Part shown: in pieces, positions 47,491 through 57,153 of the stretch | Layout: each line of letters opens with the position of its first letter | Position numbering within the stretch: position 1 is the stretch's first letter | Origin: Psychroflexus sp. | GTDB taxonomy: Bacteria; Bacteroidota; Bacteroidia; Flavobacteriales; Flavobacteriaceae | Assembly (NCBI GenBank): GCA_051859645.1 | Contig: JBHYFG010000004.1 | Coordinates: forward strand, 102,014 to 166,013 | Length of the DNA: 64,000 nucleotides | Direction: 5' to 3' | Notes under the pieces: model-generated | Database searches by the model: none | The model's input: the letters and a program-made list of their open reading frames with translations, nothing else | What the model was told of the DNA's origin: nothing | Translations under genes and position numbers: made by a program

Positions 47491-49495
47491 TTAATTGGAC
47501 TGCTGTTCTACTGGAAATATAAAAAGAAATGGATTCGTTTTAAAGTAAACAAAAACAGATTTAACTACCGAAGTAAACTCTTTAAATGGAATTTTACGCG
47601 ATTGGAATGCTAAAATCATAGAGAGGCTAAAACTTACCGAAAAATTAATCGCGCCTATTACCACAATACCTAGTAAGCTCCACAGTAGTAGGCTCAATGA
47701 AGCATTCATCCCTTCGCCAAAAATACCAAGAGCGAGATTACCGCTTGCAAAAGCAATGTGCCTAACCCCTAAGTCAATTCCTAAAAATTTACCTAAGGCA
47801 CCTGTGCTTCCCATAAAAACTCCAAACCAAAAATTAGACATAATACCTGGCCATTTTCGCTCTACAAATGAAGCTATTTGTTCCGTTTTATGTTTGCCAA
47901 GTTTACGTTTTAAAAAGGGATGCTCTTGGATGCGGTAATAAAAATGATTAAATTTATTTCTGTTAGCAATAACGCCTGCAATTATTCCTGCTAAAAAAAG
48001 GTAAACTCCAGCAATTGCCGCGTGAAAAAGTAAAGGTGAGGTCGTGAGGTTTAAATCTTCAAGTAATACCTCAGAACGATAAGCAACTAAATTATCTCCA
48101 ACAACTAAAGTTAAAAGATACACCGCGCCTAAAGCTACTGGAAAAGCCATTAATACATTTCCGACAAATGCTATAAACTGAGAGCGGAAAACACGTGCAA
48201 AAAGTGTAGCAAATGCTTGGTGCTTGTTTTCAAGCTCCCATCGCTTTTAAACCCTTTTTCGAGCGCTTCGATTAAAGTTGTAGCCGTCATTGCTGGTTGT
48301 TTGGTAGCCAATGTAAACGAAAGTAAATACAAAATAACAAAGCCTAACGAATAATTCATACTCATGACAAATGCCTTCCCAAAAGCGCTAAGGTCTAATT
48401 TATACAGTAGCGTTTTGGTCAAGCACATTACGCCAACCACCATACCTCCTCCTAATGCGGTCAAAAACATTTTAAAGTATTCTTTTTTTGAAGCGGTAAT
48501 ATAGTGTTCGCCAGTAGTGGCTGTTTGTTGGGTAATTTCATGCGCCAACAACCTTGTACCTTCACTTAAATAGTTGCTAAGGTTGTCTTTTACTGAATTT
48601 AGCAAGACTAGCTTACGGAATAAATTGGCGGTTTGAAGTAATTGCTCATCTGCAGAGGTTGCCTGTAAAAGCGGTAAGACCTCCTCTATACGTTCCAATT
48701 GACGCTTTATGCGCAATAAATCTTGATTAACACGAAGTGAAATACCAAACTTTTCAGCATTTTTATAAGCAAGTTCGACATAATCTTTACACTATTGAAG
48801 TAAAACATTCAGCTGTTTGTAATCTATGTTTTCAGGGTTAATTAGCAGTTCTGGTTTAGTAATTAGTTGGTGTTGAAACCGACTTAATTCGTCTTGAAAC
48901 CCAACAAATGGACTTTCTAAATTGTTGTATTCTGGAACCATTCGGACCACACTACTCTCCATAGCTCTACCCGACAAACGAAGCGTTAAAATTTCTAAAC
49001 TGTACAAAACTTGTGGCAAAGTACCCTCTGCAGAAGCACTTTTCTGCATGCTTGAAAGCTCAAGTAATGTAGCTAATTTTAGCAGCTGATGCTTAGAAAT
49101 TGAAGCAATCCATTCGGCATCTTGCACTTTGTGAAAAATATGATTAAAATAATATGCAAGGTGATTTTTAGGAGGTTGAGAAGGAATAAGTTTTGCCACC
49201 ATCTTTTCTTTTACTTCAAAAAAGAAATCTGATGCCTGAGGTATCCCTGTATCGGTTAAAAGTGAAACAAACTTTTTTTCTGAAAACATCTGCTTTAAAC
49301 AAGTAGCTAGCGTTTGTCTTTGACTTGGGTTTTCTTCTAAAAAAAAATAAATTGGTCTATTCTATATGATTTTTCTTCTGTAGGCTGAGGACGCAAAATT
49401 GCAACTAAATCCTGTAATTTCAGTAGTAGGTATTCTTCGTTTTGCGCCTCATCGCAATTGAAACTAGCTACTATAGATGTGAGTTGATTTTGCAT
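47491..49495 (-). pseudogene. Disrupted multi-TM protein of the family annotated 'site-specific recombinase' (Gcr/SpecificRecomb-like)
   Basis: KQPAMTA, FRSQFIAFVGNV, FWFGVFMG, RHIAFASGN motifs; frameshift at A9 49339-49347, in-frame TAG 48792-48794, frameshift near 48245; repair gives 669 codons. Confidence 0.85.
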
Positions 49496-49661
49496 ATGCG
49501 AAAGGTACAAAAAAAGTTAGTTAACAAGGAATGATAAAACACCTTACAAAAAATTTAACGACACTTGGAGCAAGAAACCTAGTTGTTATTGTTTTTTGCA
49601 TTAAATGCTGAAATATTCGACTAAAAACCTTATTTTTAACCAAACTTAAATCATTTATCGT

Positions 49662-50591
49662 ATGTTACAATCTATTTTCAGTATTTTTCTAGTCGTAATT
49701 CTTGTGCTTTTAGCTTTTTCAGCCGTATTTGTAGTGAAACAGCAAACCTCTGCCATTGTCGAACGCTTTGGGAAATTTGTTGTAGTACGAAATTCGGGAT
49801 TGCAATTCAAAATACCTATTTTTGATCAAGTCGCTGGGAGAATTAACTTAAAAGTACAACAATTAGACGTGTTTGTAGAAACCAAAACAAAGGACGATGT
49901 GTTTGTTGGATTGAAAGTTTCTGTTCAGTATAAAGTAGTTAAAACAAGGGTGTATGAAGCTTTCTATAAATTAGAAAGTCCGGGGGCTCAAATTACTTCT
50001 TATGTGTTCGATGTGATTCGTGCAGAAGTACCAAAGATGCGTCTAGACGATGTGTTTGAACGCAAAGACGATATAGCAAACGCAGTAAAAGCTGAACTTA
50101 ATGATGCCATGGAAGAATATGGCTACGACATTATAAAAGCATTAGTAACCGACATCGATCCTGACGAGCAAGTAAAAGCTGCCATGAATCGCATTAATGC
50201 CTCAGAAAGGGAAAAAGTAGCTGCTGAATTTGAAGCCGAAGCAGAACGCATCAAAATAGTAGCAAAAGCAAGAGCCGAAGCAGAAAGCAAGCGCTTACAA
50301 GGTCAAGGTATTGCAGACCAACGTCGAGAAATTGCGCGCGGATTGGAAGAAAGTGTAGAGGTGCTAAATAAAGTAGGCATCAACTCGCAAGAAGCCTCTG
50401 CATTAATTGTGGTTACGCAACATTACGATACGCTTCAGGCCATTGGCGGAGAAACTAATTCTAATTTAATTCTCCTACCTAACTCGCCTCAAGCGGGATC
50501 AGAAATGCTAAACAACATGATTGCTTCGTTTACCGCTTCTAGCCAAATTGGCGAAGAAATGAAAAAACAACAACAACGTAAAAAAGACTAA
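49662..50591 (+). CDS. SPFH/band 7 domain protein
   Basis: N-terminal TM, IVERFGKF, ETKTKDDVFV, VRAEV-like IRAEVPKMRLDDVF, AESKRLQGQGIA. Confidence 0.92.
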   Translation: MLQSIFSIFLVVILVLLAFSAVFVVKQQTSAIVERFGKFVVVRNSGLQFKIPIFDQVAGRINLKVQQLDVFVETKTKDDVFVGLKVSVQYKVVKTRVYEAFYKLESPGAQITSYVFDVIRAEVPKMRLDDVFERKDDIANAVKAELNDAMEEYGYDIIKALVTDIDPDEQVKAAMNRINASEREKVAAEFEAEAERIKIVAKARAEAESKRLQGQGIADQRREIARGLEESVEVLNKVGINSQEASALIVVTQHYDTLQAIGGETNSNLILLPNSPQAGSEMLNNMIASFTASSQIGEEMKKQQQRKKD

Positions 50592-50597
50592 TTTTTT

Positions 50598-50762
50598 ATG
50601 CAATCTGAACTACCAAAGCCTAGACCTGCAAGGGATACACCCGATAATTTTATGGAGTTTATTGCTGAAAACTGGTTTTTTCTTGGCGCAACTTTGCTGA
50701 TTTTAGTAATTTATATTGCCTATCTAAAATTACTGAAGGATAGAAGAAATAAAAAAGAGTAG
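50598..50762 (+). CDS. 54-aa single-TM small protein (below ORF-track cutoff)
   Basis: MQSELPKPRPARDTPDNFMEFIAENWFFLGATLLILVIYIAYLKLLKDRRNKKE; 6 nt after SPFH stop, 10 nt before next ATG. Confidence 0.75.
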   Translation: MQSELPKPRPARDTPDNFMEFIAENWFFLGATLLILVIYIAYLKLLKDRRNKKE

Positions 50763-50772
50763 TACCTTAAGC

Positions 50773-51114
50773 ATGTTAGCAGATAAAAACCTTTCTTGGG
50801 ATGATTTTTCTAAGATTGAAATGAGAATTGGAACCATACTTTCCGCAGTAATTTTTAAGGAGGCTAAAAAACCTGCGTACAAAATGCTGCTGGACTTTGG
50901 TCCTTTGGGTCAACTGAAAACTTCTGCACAAATTACTCAGCTGTATACACCCGAAGAGCTGATTGGCAAGCAAGTGGTTGCAGTAGTTAATTTTCCGCCC
51001 AAACAAATCGCAAATTTCATGAGTGAGTGTCTTGTTTTAGGTGGGGTTAATGGTGAAGCTGTGGTATTACTTCAACCGGAAAGAAAGGTTGCCAATGGGA
51101 CTCGTATTGGCTAG
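50773..51114 (+). CDS. csaA: tRNA-binding protein / CsaA-like export chaperone
   Basis: MRIGTI, KTSAQIT..Y, VVAVVNFPPKQIANFMSECLVLG. Confidence 0.88.
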   Translation: MLADKNLSWDDFSKIEMRIGTILSAVIFKEAKKPAYKMLLDFGPLGQLKTSAQITQLYTPEELIGKQVVAVVNFPPKQIANFMSECLVLGGVNGEAVVLLQPERKVANGTRIG

Positions 51115-51140
51115 TTGTTAGAAAAATCATGTTGGTCATT

Positions 51141-51233
51141 GCGTGAGGGATAGAAGTGAAAAGCCCACAACGAGGAACGAGTGAGGACTTGCAGCGGATA
51201 GCCCGGTTCCCGTTTTTCACGGGAACACGCCCA
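51141..51233 (+). ncRNA. Flavo-1-like structured intergenic RNA/repeat
   Basis: AGGGATAGAAGTG...GCAGCGGATAGCCCGG frame recalled from flavobacterial repeats, followed by hairpin GTTCCCGT-TTTTC-ACGGGAAC; GC-rich island in AT-rich spacer. Confidence 0.55.
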
Positions 51234-51319
51234 AAAAATTAATACGGGACTCGATTTATTCAGTAAAAGTGGCACTAGTTTTGTAGAATCTTCTTTGCAA
51301 GTCGTATATTTGACTAAAA

Positions 51320-51877
51320 TTGCAGCACGTGGAGTATTACAATTACATCAAATCCCTTCATTTAATTTTTGTGGTTACTTGGTTTGCAGGACTTTTTTAC
51401 ATGCCCAGGTTGTTTATTTACCATATTGAAGCCTCTGAAAAATCCTCGCCAGATAAAGAAATTCTTACCCAACAATTTAAAATCATGTGCATGCGTTTGT
51501 GGAATATTATTACATGGCCATCTGCTATTTTAGCTACCCTTTTTGCGGTTTGGCTACTTGTTTTAGTTCCTGGATGGATGAGCCAAGGATGGATGCATGT
51601 TAAGCTTGCCTTTGTTGTTGCACTTTTTGCCTACCATATTAAAACACACTTAATTTATAAGGAGTTTCAGGTGGATGTAATTAAATGGACATCCAACGGA
51701 ATGCGGATTTATAACGAGGGAGCAACGCTCATTTTATTTGCCGTTGTGTTTTTAGTAATTACCAAATCTACGACCAATTGGATTTTTGGAACGCTTGGCT
51801 TGGTTGGACTTGCCGTACTACTTATGTTAGGAATTAAATTATATAAACGTATTCGAGAGCAAAAACAATCCCACTAA
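51320..51877 (+). CDS. hemJ: HemJ/CopD-family protoporphyrinogen oxidase
   Basis: KSLHLIFVVTWFAGLFYMPRLFIYH, WMHVKL, RIYNEG. Confidence 0.88.
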   Translation: MQHVEYYNYIKSLHLIFVVTWFAGLFYMPRLFIYHIEASEKSSPDKEILTQQFKIMCMRLWNIITWPSAILATLFAVWLLVLVPGWMSQGWMHVKLAFVVALFAYHIKTHLIYKEFQVDVIKWTSNGMRIYNEGATLILFAVVFLVITKSTTNWIFGTLGLVGLAVLLMLGIKLYKRIREQKQSH

Positions 51878-51878
51878 T

Positions 51879-53330
51879 ATGAATTTTTTTCAAGGCTCAT
51901 TACGGTTTCGGATTTTTATATCTATGATTTTGCTCGTTCTTGGAGCTTCTGTGCTTATTGCGGGAATTACCGTTATGCAATACAAAGAAGAAGCTGAAGA
52001 GTTGCATATAGATAAATTAGAACGAAAAGAAAAGGCTATACATTCCAATATTGAGTATGTTTTCAGGAATACAACCTACCCTTTGGATAGTGAAAATTTG
52101 TATTTGATTTTTAAAGAGAAAATTTTTGAAATCCAAGAAATTCACAACGAAGAAATAAATATTTACGATTTGGATGGGGTACTGAGAAAATCTTCTTTTG
52201 CATCGTTTTACCAAGATAGTACCGCTAAGCAAATACCTGAGTATGTTTTGGACGCTTTAGAAGAATCTGTAGACCGAAACTACGTGGAGCGCTTTACTTT
52301 AAATGGACAACGTTACCAATCTTCTTATTCATACTTGACAGATAATTATTTTAAACCCATAGGGATACTTAATTTACCTTATATTGAAGACGATGGGTTT
52401 ATGGAGCGAGAGTTGAAAGAATTTTTAGTTCGGTTATCTCAAGTTTACTTATTCATGTTAGTAGCAGCTATTGTACTTGCCTATTTTTTATCGAATAATA
52501 TTACACAATCCCTGAAAGCAATAAGCGATAAAATTTTAAAAACCAGCTTCGAAAAAGCTAATCCAAAAATTAGTACGGAGGATGCGAGCATTGAAATTTT
52601 ACCGCTTATAAAAGCTTATAATCAGATGATAGATGAGCTGGAAGAAAGCGCAGAAGAGCTTGCCAAAAGCGAGCGAGAGGCGGCTTGGAGACAAATGGCA
52701 CGACAAGTGGCTCACGAAATTAAAAATCCACTTACCCCTATGCGATTAAGTGTACAAAGTTTTGAACGTTCATTTGATCCTGAGGCTAAAAATTGGAAAA
52801 ATAAATTACATGACTTTTGCGAAACATTAATTCAGCAAATAGATACCATGAGCTCTATTGCCGCTGCATTTTCAAGTTTTGCAAAAATGCCAGCGCAGCA
52901 AGATGAGGTAGTGAATGTTTCTGAAACTGTTCGATTGGCGTTGGAGATATTTAACGACAAAAGTCTTCGTTTTATTCATGCGGAAAAGGATGTTTATGCT
53001 AATTTTGATAAAACCCAACTTATTCGAGTGGTTACTAATTTAGTGAAAAACGCACAACAAGCAACACAAGACATAGAAAATCCAACTATTGTTGTAGAGG
53101 TGTTTGCAGATCATGAAAACGTTTTCCTGAAAGTGATAGATAATGGTATTGGTATTGAAGAAGAAAATTTCGATCGAATTTTCGAACCCAAATTCACCAC
53201 CAAAAGCAGTGGAATGGGATTAGGACTAGGCATGGTAAAAAACATTATTGAAGCTCATAAAGGAACTATAAATCTTAGCTCCAAACTAAATAAAGGAACT
53301 AAATTTACATTGCAATTTCCAAAAGTTTAA
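51879..53330 (+). CDS. Sensor histidine kinase (NtrY-like), no adjacent response regulator
   Basis: AWRQMARQVAHEIKNPLTPM (H-box), NLVKNA, DNGIG, FTTKSSGMGLGL. Confidence 0.93.
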   Translation: MNFFQGSLRFRIFISMILLVLGASVLIAGITVMQYKEEAEELHIDKLERKEKAIHSNIEYVFRNTTYPLDSENLYLIFKEKIFEIQEIHNEEINIYDLDGVLRKSSFASFYQDSTAKQIPEYVLDALEESVDRNYVERFTLNGQRYQSSYSYLTDNYFKPIGILNLPYIEDDGFMERELKEFLVRLSQVYLFMLVAAIVLAYFLSNNITQSLKAISDKILKTSFEKANPKISTEDASIEILPLIKAYNQMIDELEESAEELAKSEREAAWRQMARQVAHEIKNPLTPMRLSVQSFERSFDPEAKNWKNKLHDFCETLIQQIDTMSSIAAAFSSFAKMPAQQDEVVNVSETVRLALEIFNDKSLRFIHAEKDVYANFDKTQLIRVVTNLVKNAQQATQDIENPTIVVEVFADHENVFLKVIDNGIGIEEENFDRIFEPKFTTKSSGMGLGLGMVKNIIEAHKGTINLSSKLNKGTKFTLQFPKV

Positions 53331-53528
53331 TTTTATGAACTAGAAACAATGAAATGCCTAGCTTGAAACTACTAAAAGTAGTAGAATGTTACTAATAACT
53401 ATTAGGAGTTTTATTTTTACTCGAAGTGTTTAAGCAAGGCAAGAATCTTCGCATAAAATAGTGAATTTTAAATTTGTTGAATTGAACGAATATGCATTAA
53501 AAACAGTACAAACTAAAAAAATAAACAG

Positions 53529-54302
53529 ATGAAAGCAGAAAACTTATTGGTAAGTATTGAAAATAATATAGCCTTAGTAACGATTAACCGACCAACTAAA
53601 CTTAACGCTCTTAACAGAGAAACGCTAGCAGAAATACACGAGGTTTTTTCAAATTTACGTGAAAACGAAAATGTAAAAGTGATTTTACTTACTGGCGCTG
53701 GCGAAAAAGCATTTGTTGCAGGCGCAGACATTTCTGAGTTTGCAGATTTTTCGGTAGAAGAGGGGAAGAAATTAGCTGCCGATGGACATCGTTTAGTGTT
53801 TGATTATATCGCTAATTTTTCCAAACCTGTTATTGCCTTAGTTAATGGTTTTGCACTTGGTGGTGGATTGGAATTAGCAATGGCAGCCCACTTTAGAATT
53901 GCAAGCGAAAATGCAAAAATGGGATTACCAGAAACCTCCTTAGGTGTTATTCCAGGCTATGGAGGTACACAGCGTTTACCTCAGCTAGTTGGAAAAGGAA
54001 TCGCTATGGAAATGATCATGACTGCCGGAATGTTACCAGCGCAAAAAGCGGTCCAATATGGCTTGGTTAACGAAGTTGTGCCACAAGAGGAATTGATAGC
54101 AAAAGGGAAAGCCGTTGCTGCTAAAATTATGAATAACTCCATGGTAGCCATTAGTGCCGCTATAAAGGCTGTGAATGATAATTACACAGATGGCGTAAAC
54201 GGATTTACTTCCGAAATTGAAGCTTTTGGTGAAGCATTTGGAACTGACGATTTTAAAGAAGGAACACAAGCTTTTTTACAAAAACGCAAAGCTCAGTTTT
54301 AA
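53529..54302 (+). CDS. Enoyl-CoA hydratase/isomerase
   Basis: KAFVAGADISE, NGFALGGGLEL, PETSLGVIPGYGGTQRL. Confidence 0.93.
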   Translation: MKAENLLVSIENNIALVTINRPTKLNALNRETLAEIHEVFSNLRENENVKVILLTGAGEKAFVAGADISEFADFSVEEGKKLAADGHRLVFDYIANFSKPVIALVNGFALGGGLELAMAAHFRIASENAKMGLPETSLGVIPGYGGTQRLPQLVGKGIAMEMIMTAGMLPAQKAVQYGLVNEVVPQEELIAKGKAVAAKIMNNSMVAISAAIKAVNDNYTDGVNGFTSEIEAFGEAFGTDDFKEGTQAFLQKRKAQF

Positions 54303-54324
54303 GGAAGGCGCGCAACTATTGCTT

Positions 54325-54471
54325 ATGCCGTTTATCAATTAAACCCAGTGTATTCATTAGACTATCTTCAAAAGAATAAACGGCTAAGTAAGTAGCGTCA
54401 TTCGGTAGATTAAACCCGGGTTAAACAAATCATCCTCGTGGTGATTTATACCATTTACCAATTAAAATTAC
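54325..54471. repeat. Two degenerate copies of the 32-bp element between convergent ech and nadD
   Basis: ATGCCGTTTATCAATT at 54325 and ATACCATTTACCAATTAAAATTAC at 54448 (21/24); also GCCGTTTAT/ATAAACGGC inverted pair. Confidence 0.6.
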
Positions 54472-54487
54472 TTTTAGGCGATGATAA

Positions 54488-55072
54488 TTAACCTCTGTAA
54501 AAATTCATTTCGTCTATATACAACCAGACTTCATTTGGTAAAAGTGGTCGCACGTCCTTATTTTCTCTTATACTATCTCTAATTAAGGTAGCAGAAATTT
54601 CGATAATTGGAGTGTTAGTAAAATGAATATGGGGATGGCTTTTAAAAATTTCGGGTACTCTACCATCTCCAACACGCGGGCATGTATAAATTTGGTAGGT
54701 TTGTAAAATATGCTCGTAGTTTTTCCATTTATGAAACGTCTTTAGGTTATCCTCGCCCATGATTAAACTAAAGTTTTTATCAGGGTACTTTTCAGTTAGT
54801 ACAGCAAGGGTTTTTGCTGTATAATTTGGGGTTGGTAAGCCAAACTCTATATCGCAAGGTTTTATTTTATCAAAACGTTCTACCGCTCGGTATACCAGTT
54901 CCAACCGATGGTGATTAGCTAAAAGGTTCTTTTTTTTCTTAAACGGACTTTGTGGAGTAATAACCATCCAAACCTCATCCAAATCGGTTTGTTCGGCCAG
55001 GTGATTTGCAATAATTAAATGCCCGATATGTATGGGATTAAATGTTCCAAAGTAAAGTCCTATATGCTTCAT
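54488..55072 (-). CDS. nadD: Nicotinate-nucleotide adenylyltransferase
   Basis: GTFNPIHIGH, SPFKK, IMGEDN, ISATLIR. Confidence 0.96.
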   Translation of the reverse strand: MKHIGLYFGTFNPIHIGHLIIANHLAEQTDLDEVWMVITPQSPFKKKKNLLANHHRLELVYRAVERFDKIKPCDIEFGLPTPNYTAKTLAVLTEKYPDKNFSLIMGEDNLKTFHKWKNYEHILQTYQIYTCPRVGDGRVPEIFKSHPHIHFTNTPIIEISATLIRDSIRENKDVRPLLPNEVWLYIDEMNFYRG

Positions 55073-55202
55073 GTGTATTAATTATCCTGTATTTTAGCAG
55101 ATATACCCGCTTCACTCTTCACCTTACTTATATCACATTCAGGCTTTTTTATTCAGTATTGAGTAAGAACCGCAGAGACGCAAAGAAAGCAAAGATATTA
55201 TT

Positions 55203-55321
55203 TCTCTTCTCACTCTTCACTCCTCACTCCTCACTCATCACTCATCACTCATCACTCATCACTCCTCACTCTTCACTCTTCACTCACTTTTCATTCCCCC
55301 TTTGGGGGCTAGGGGGCCTCA
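55203..55321. repeat. Period-7 array (TCACTCA/TTCACTC) followed by CCCCCTTTGGGGGCTAGGGGGCCTCA
   Basis: Read directly between gmk stop and nadD start; flanks match 32861-32943. Confidence 0.9.
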
Positions 55322-55343
55322 CCTCTAACTTGAATATTCAGTA

Positions 55344-55919
55344 TTATTTCTCTACAAACTCTTTTACTAAATCGTAAGCCTCTTCAAGTGCTACGTTCAA
55401 TTCATTGTTTATAATAATATGATCAAATTGGGGGGCAGTTGCCATTTCAATAGATGCTTTTGCTACCCGCATATTTATTTTATCGTCGGTTTCGGTTTTG
55501 CGTTTTTTTAGCCTGATTTTTAGCTCCTCAATACTTGGAGGTTTTACAAATACAGCAAGTGTTCTTTCGGGATAAATTTGTTTAATATCTAAACCACCAA
55601 CCACATCTATATCAAATACTACGTGTTTTCCTAGTGCCCAAATACGTTCTACTTCAGATTTTAGGGTACCGTAAAAATTATCGCGATACACCTCTTCCCA
55701 CTCTAAAAAGTCTTCGTTTTTAATGTGTTGTTTAAACTCTTTTAGGGATATAAAATAGTAATCGACGCCGTGTTTTTCGTGTCCACGTGGAGCACGAGAA
55801 GTTGCAGAAATAGAAAAATCTAAATTAAGCTCTTCTTTATTTAACAAATACCGAACGATGGTAGTTTTTCCAGAACCTGAAGGGGCCGAAAAAACAATTA
55901 ATTTTCCTTGCTGATTCAT
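55344..55919 (-). CDS. gmk: Guanylate kinase
   Basis: SAPSGSGKTT, SATSRAPR, YGTLKSEV, DIDVVGG. Confidence 0.97.
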   Translation of the reverse strand: MNQQGKLIVFSAPSGSGKTTIVRYLLNKEELNLDFSISATSRAPRGHEKHGVDYYFISLKEFKQHIKNEDFLEWEEVYRDNFYGTLKSEVERIWALGKHVVFDIDVVGGLDIKQIYPERTLAVFVKPPSIEELKIRLKKRKTETDDKINMRVAKASIEMATAPQFDHIIINNELNVALEEAYDLVKEFVEK

Positions 55920-56785
55920 TACAGTACGTTAAGAAGTTGTTCTTTTATTTTCTCTAGTTCATCTTTCATTTCCACCACTAACTTTTGCATGGGTGCAAAG
56001 TTGGATTTACTCCCAATGGTATTGATTTCTCGTCCTATTTCTTGAGCTATAAAACCCAATTTTTTTCCGTTAGAGTCGCTAGAATGTAAGCCTTCCAAAA
56101 AGTATTTCAAATGATTGTCGAGTCTAATTTTTTCTTCGGTAATATCGTATTTTTCGATATAAAAAACCAATTCTTGTTCAAATCGATTTTCATCTACTTC
56201 AATCTTTAATTCATCGATGCTATTTTTTAAACGAAGTCGGAGTAAAGCAATGCGTTCGGGATCAATTTTTTCAACTTCTACTAGTAGTTCTTGAAGACGC
56301 TCAATTCGCTGAACAAAATCTTTTTCTAAAGCACGCCCTTCGTCTAAACGAAATTCATTTATTCGTTGAAGCGCTTCAATTAAAGATTGCATAATTAAAT
56401 TGAATTCGCTTTCTTCAACGGCAGATTTATCGGTAGAAACAGCATCTGGTAGCGATAATGCAATTTCTAAAAGCTTAGCATTTTCATCTGAACCAACCGT
56501 TACTACATTTCTAAGTTCTTTAATATAGGCCTTAACAACTGAAGGATTAATTTTAGCACTGGTTTCTTCGCCTGTAATTTCAACTTGCATGCTAAAATCT
56601 ACTTTGCCGCGAATTAATTCTTTCGCAATAAGTTGGCGCATTTGAAGCTCTTTTTCTCGGTATTGCGCCGGCATGCGAGCGTTTAAATCCAAAGACTTAC
56701 TGTTTAACGATTTTATTTCGATGCTAATGTTTTTGGTGGGAAGTTGCAACTGACTTTTCCCAAATCCCGTCATGGATTGAATCAT
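55919..56785 (-). CDS. yicC: YicC/YloC family endoribonuclease
   Basis: MIQSMTGFG, EIKSLNSK, DITEEKIRL, GKKLGFIAQEIGREINTIGSKS. Confidence 0.95.
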   Translation of the reverse strand: MIQSMTGFGKSQLQLPTKNISIEIKSLNSKSLDLNARMPAQYREKELQMRQLIAKELIRGKVDFSMQVEITGEETSAKINPSVVKAYIKELRNVVTVGSDENAKLLEIALSLPDAVSTDKSAVEESEFNLIMQSLIEALQRINEFRLDEGRALEKDFVQRIERLQELLVEVEKIDPERIALLRLRLKNSIDELKIEVDENRFEQELVFYIEKYDITEEKIRLDNHLKYFLEGLHSSDSNGKKLGFIAQEIGREINTIGSKSNFAPMQKLVVEMKDELEKIKEQLLNVL

Positions 56786-56807
56786 TGTTGAAATTTATGA
56801 ATTCTTG

Positions 56808-56815
56808 CAAAGGTA
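56808..56815 (-). promoter_or_regulatory. -7 promoter box for yicC-gmk-nadD
   Basis: TACCTTTG on minus strand 22 nt upstream of ATG. Confidence 0.6.
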
Positions 56816-57153
56816 ATTGTACTAAGTTAATTGTACAAATGCTTTGTCTAGTACCAAAATTTCCTTTTTACCAAGATTTTGCATTTTCTTTTAAGGCTAT
56901 TCTTTGGCTAAAACTTATCTTCGTACCGAAGTAATACTGGTTACACCAATAAAACCATAAAATAAAACTAATAAATTGTTTCGTTCTTGATTTTATGTTG
57001 TTAAAAAATATACCGTAGCTATGGCTATGCTTCATTTTTTTGCCTAATTAAATCAACAAATAATTCAATTTATTTTAGCTTCACTTTAAAGTTCAATTGG
57101 TATTATTACTTGAAATTACAGAAAACTACATATTGAATTTAAGAACTTAGACT

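Noticed and set aside
48792-48794. In-frame TAG as pyrrolysine or programmed read-through
   Set aside because: Other genes in the window end in TAG (e.g. rnr, serS), no pyl genes, and the gene has two further lesions.
49339-49347. A9 tract as a phase-variation switch
   Set aside because: Slippage alone cannot restore the gene; a nonsense codon and a second frameshift lie downstream.
47491-49495. Mobile element because of the 'recombinase' family name
   Set aside because: Multi-TM sequence with no recombinase catalytic motifs, no att sites or cargo.
55042-55377. 111-aa ORF (+)
   Set aside because: Spans the heptamer array and overlaps nadD and gmk in antisense.
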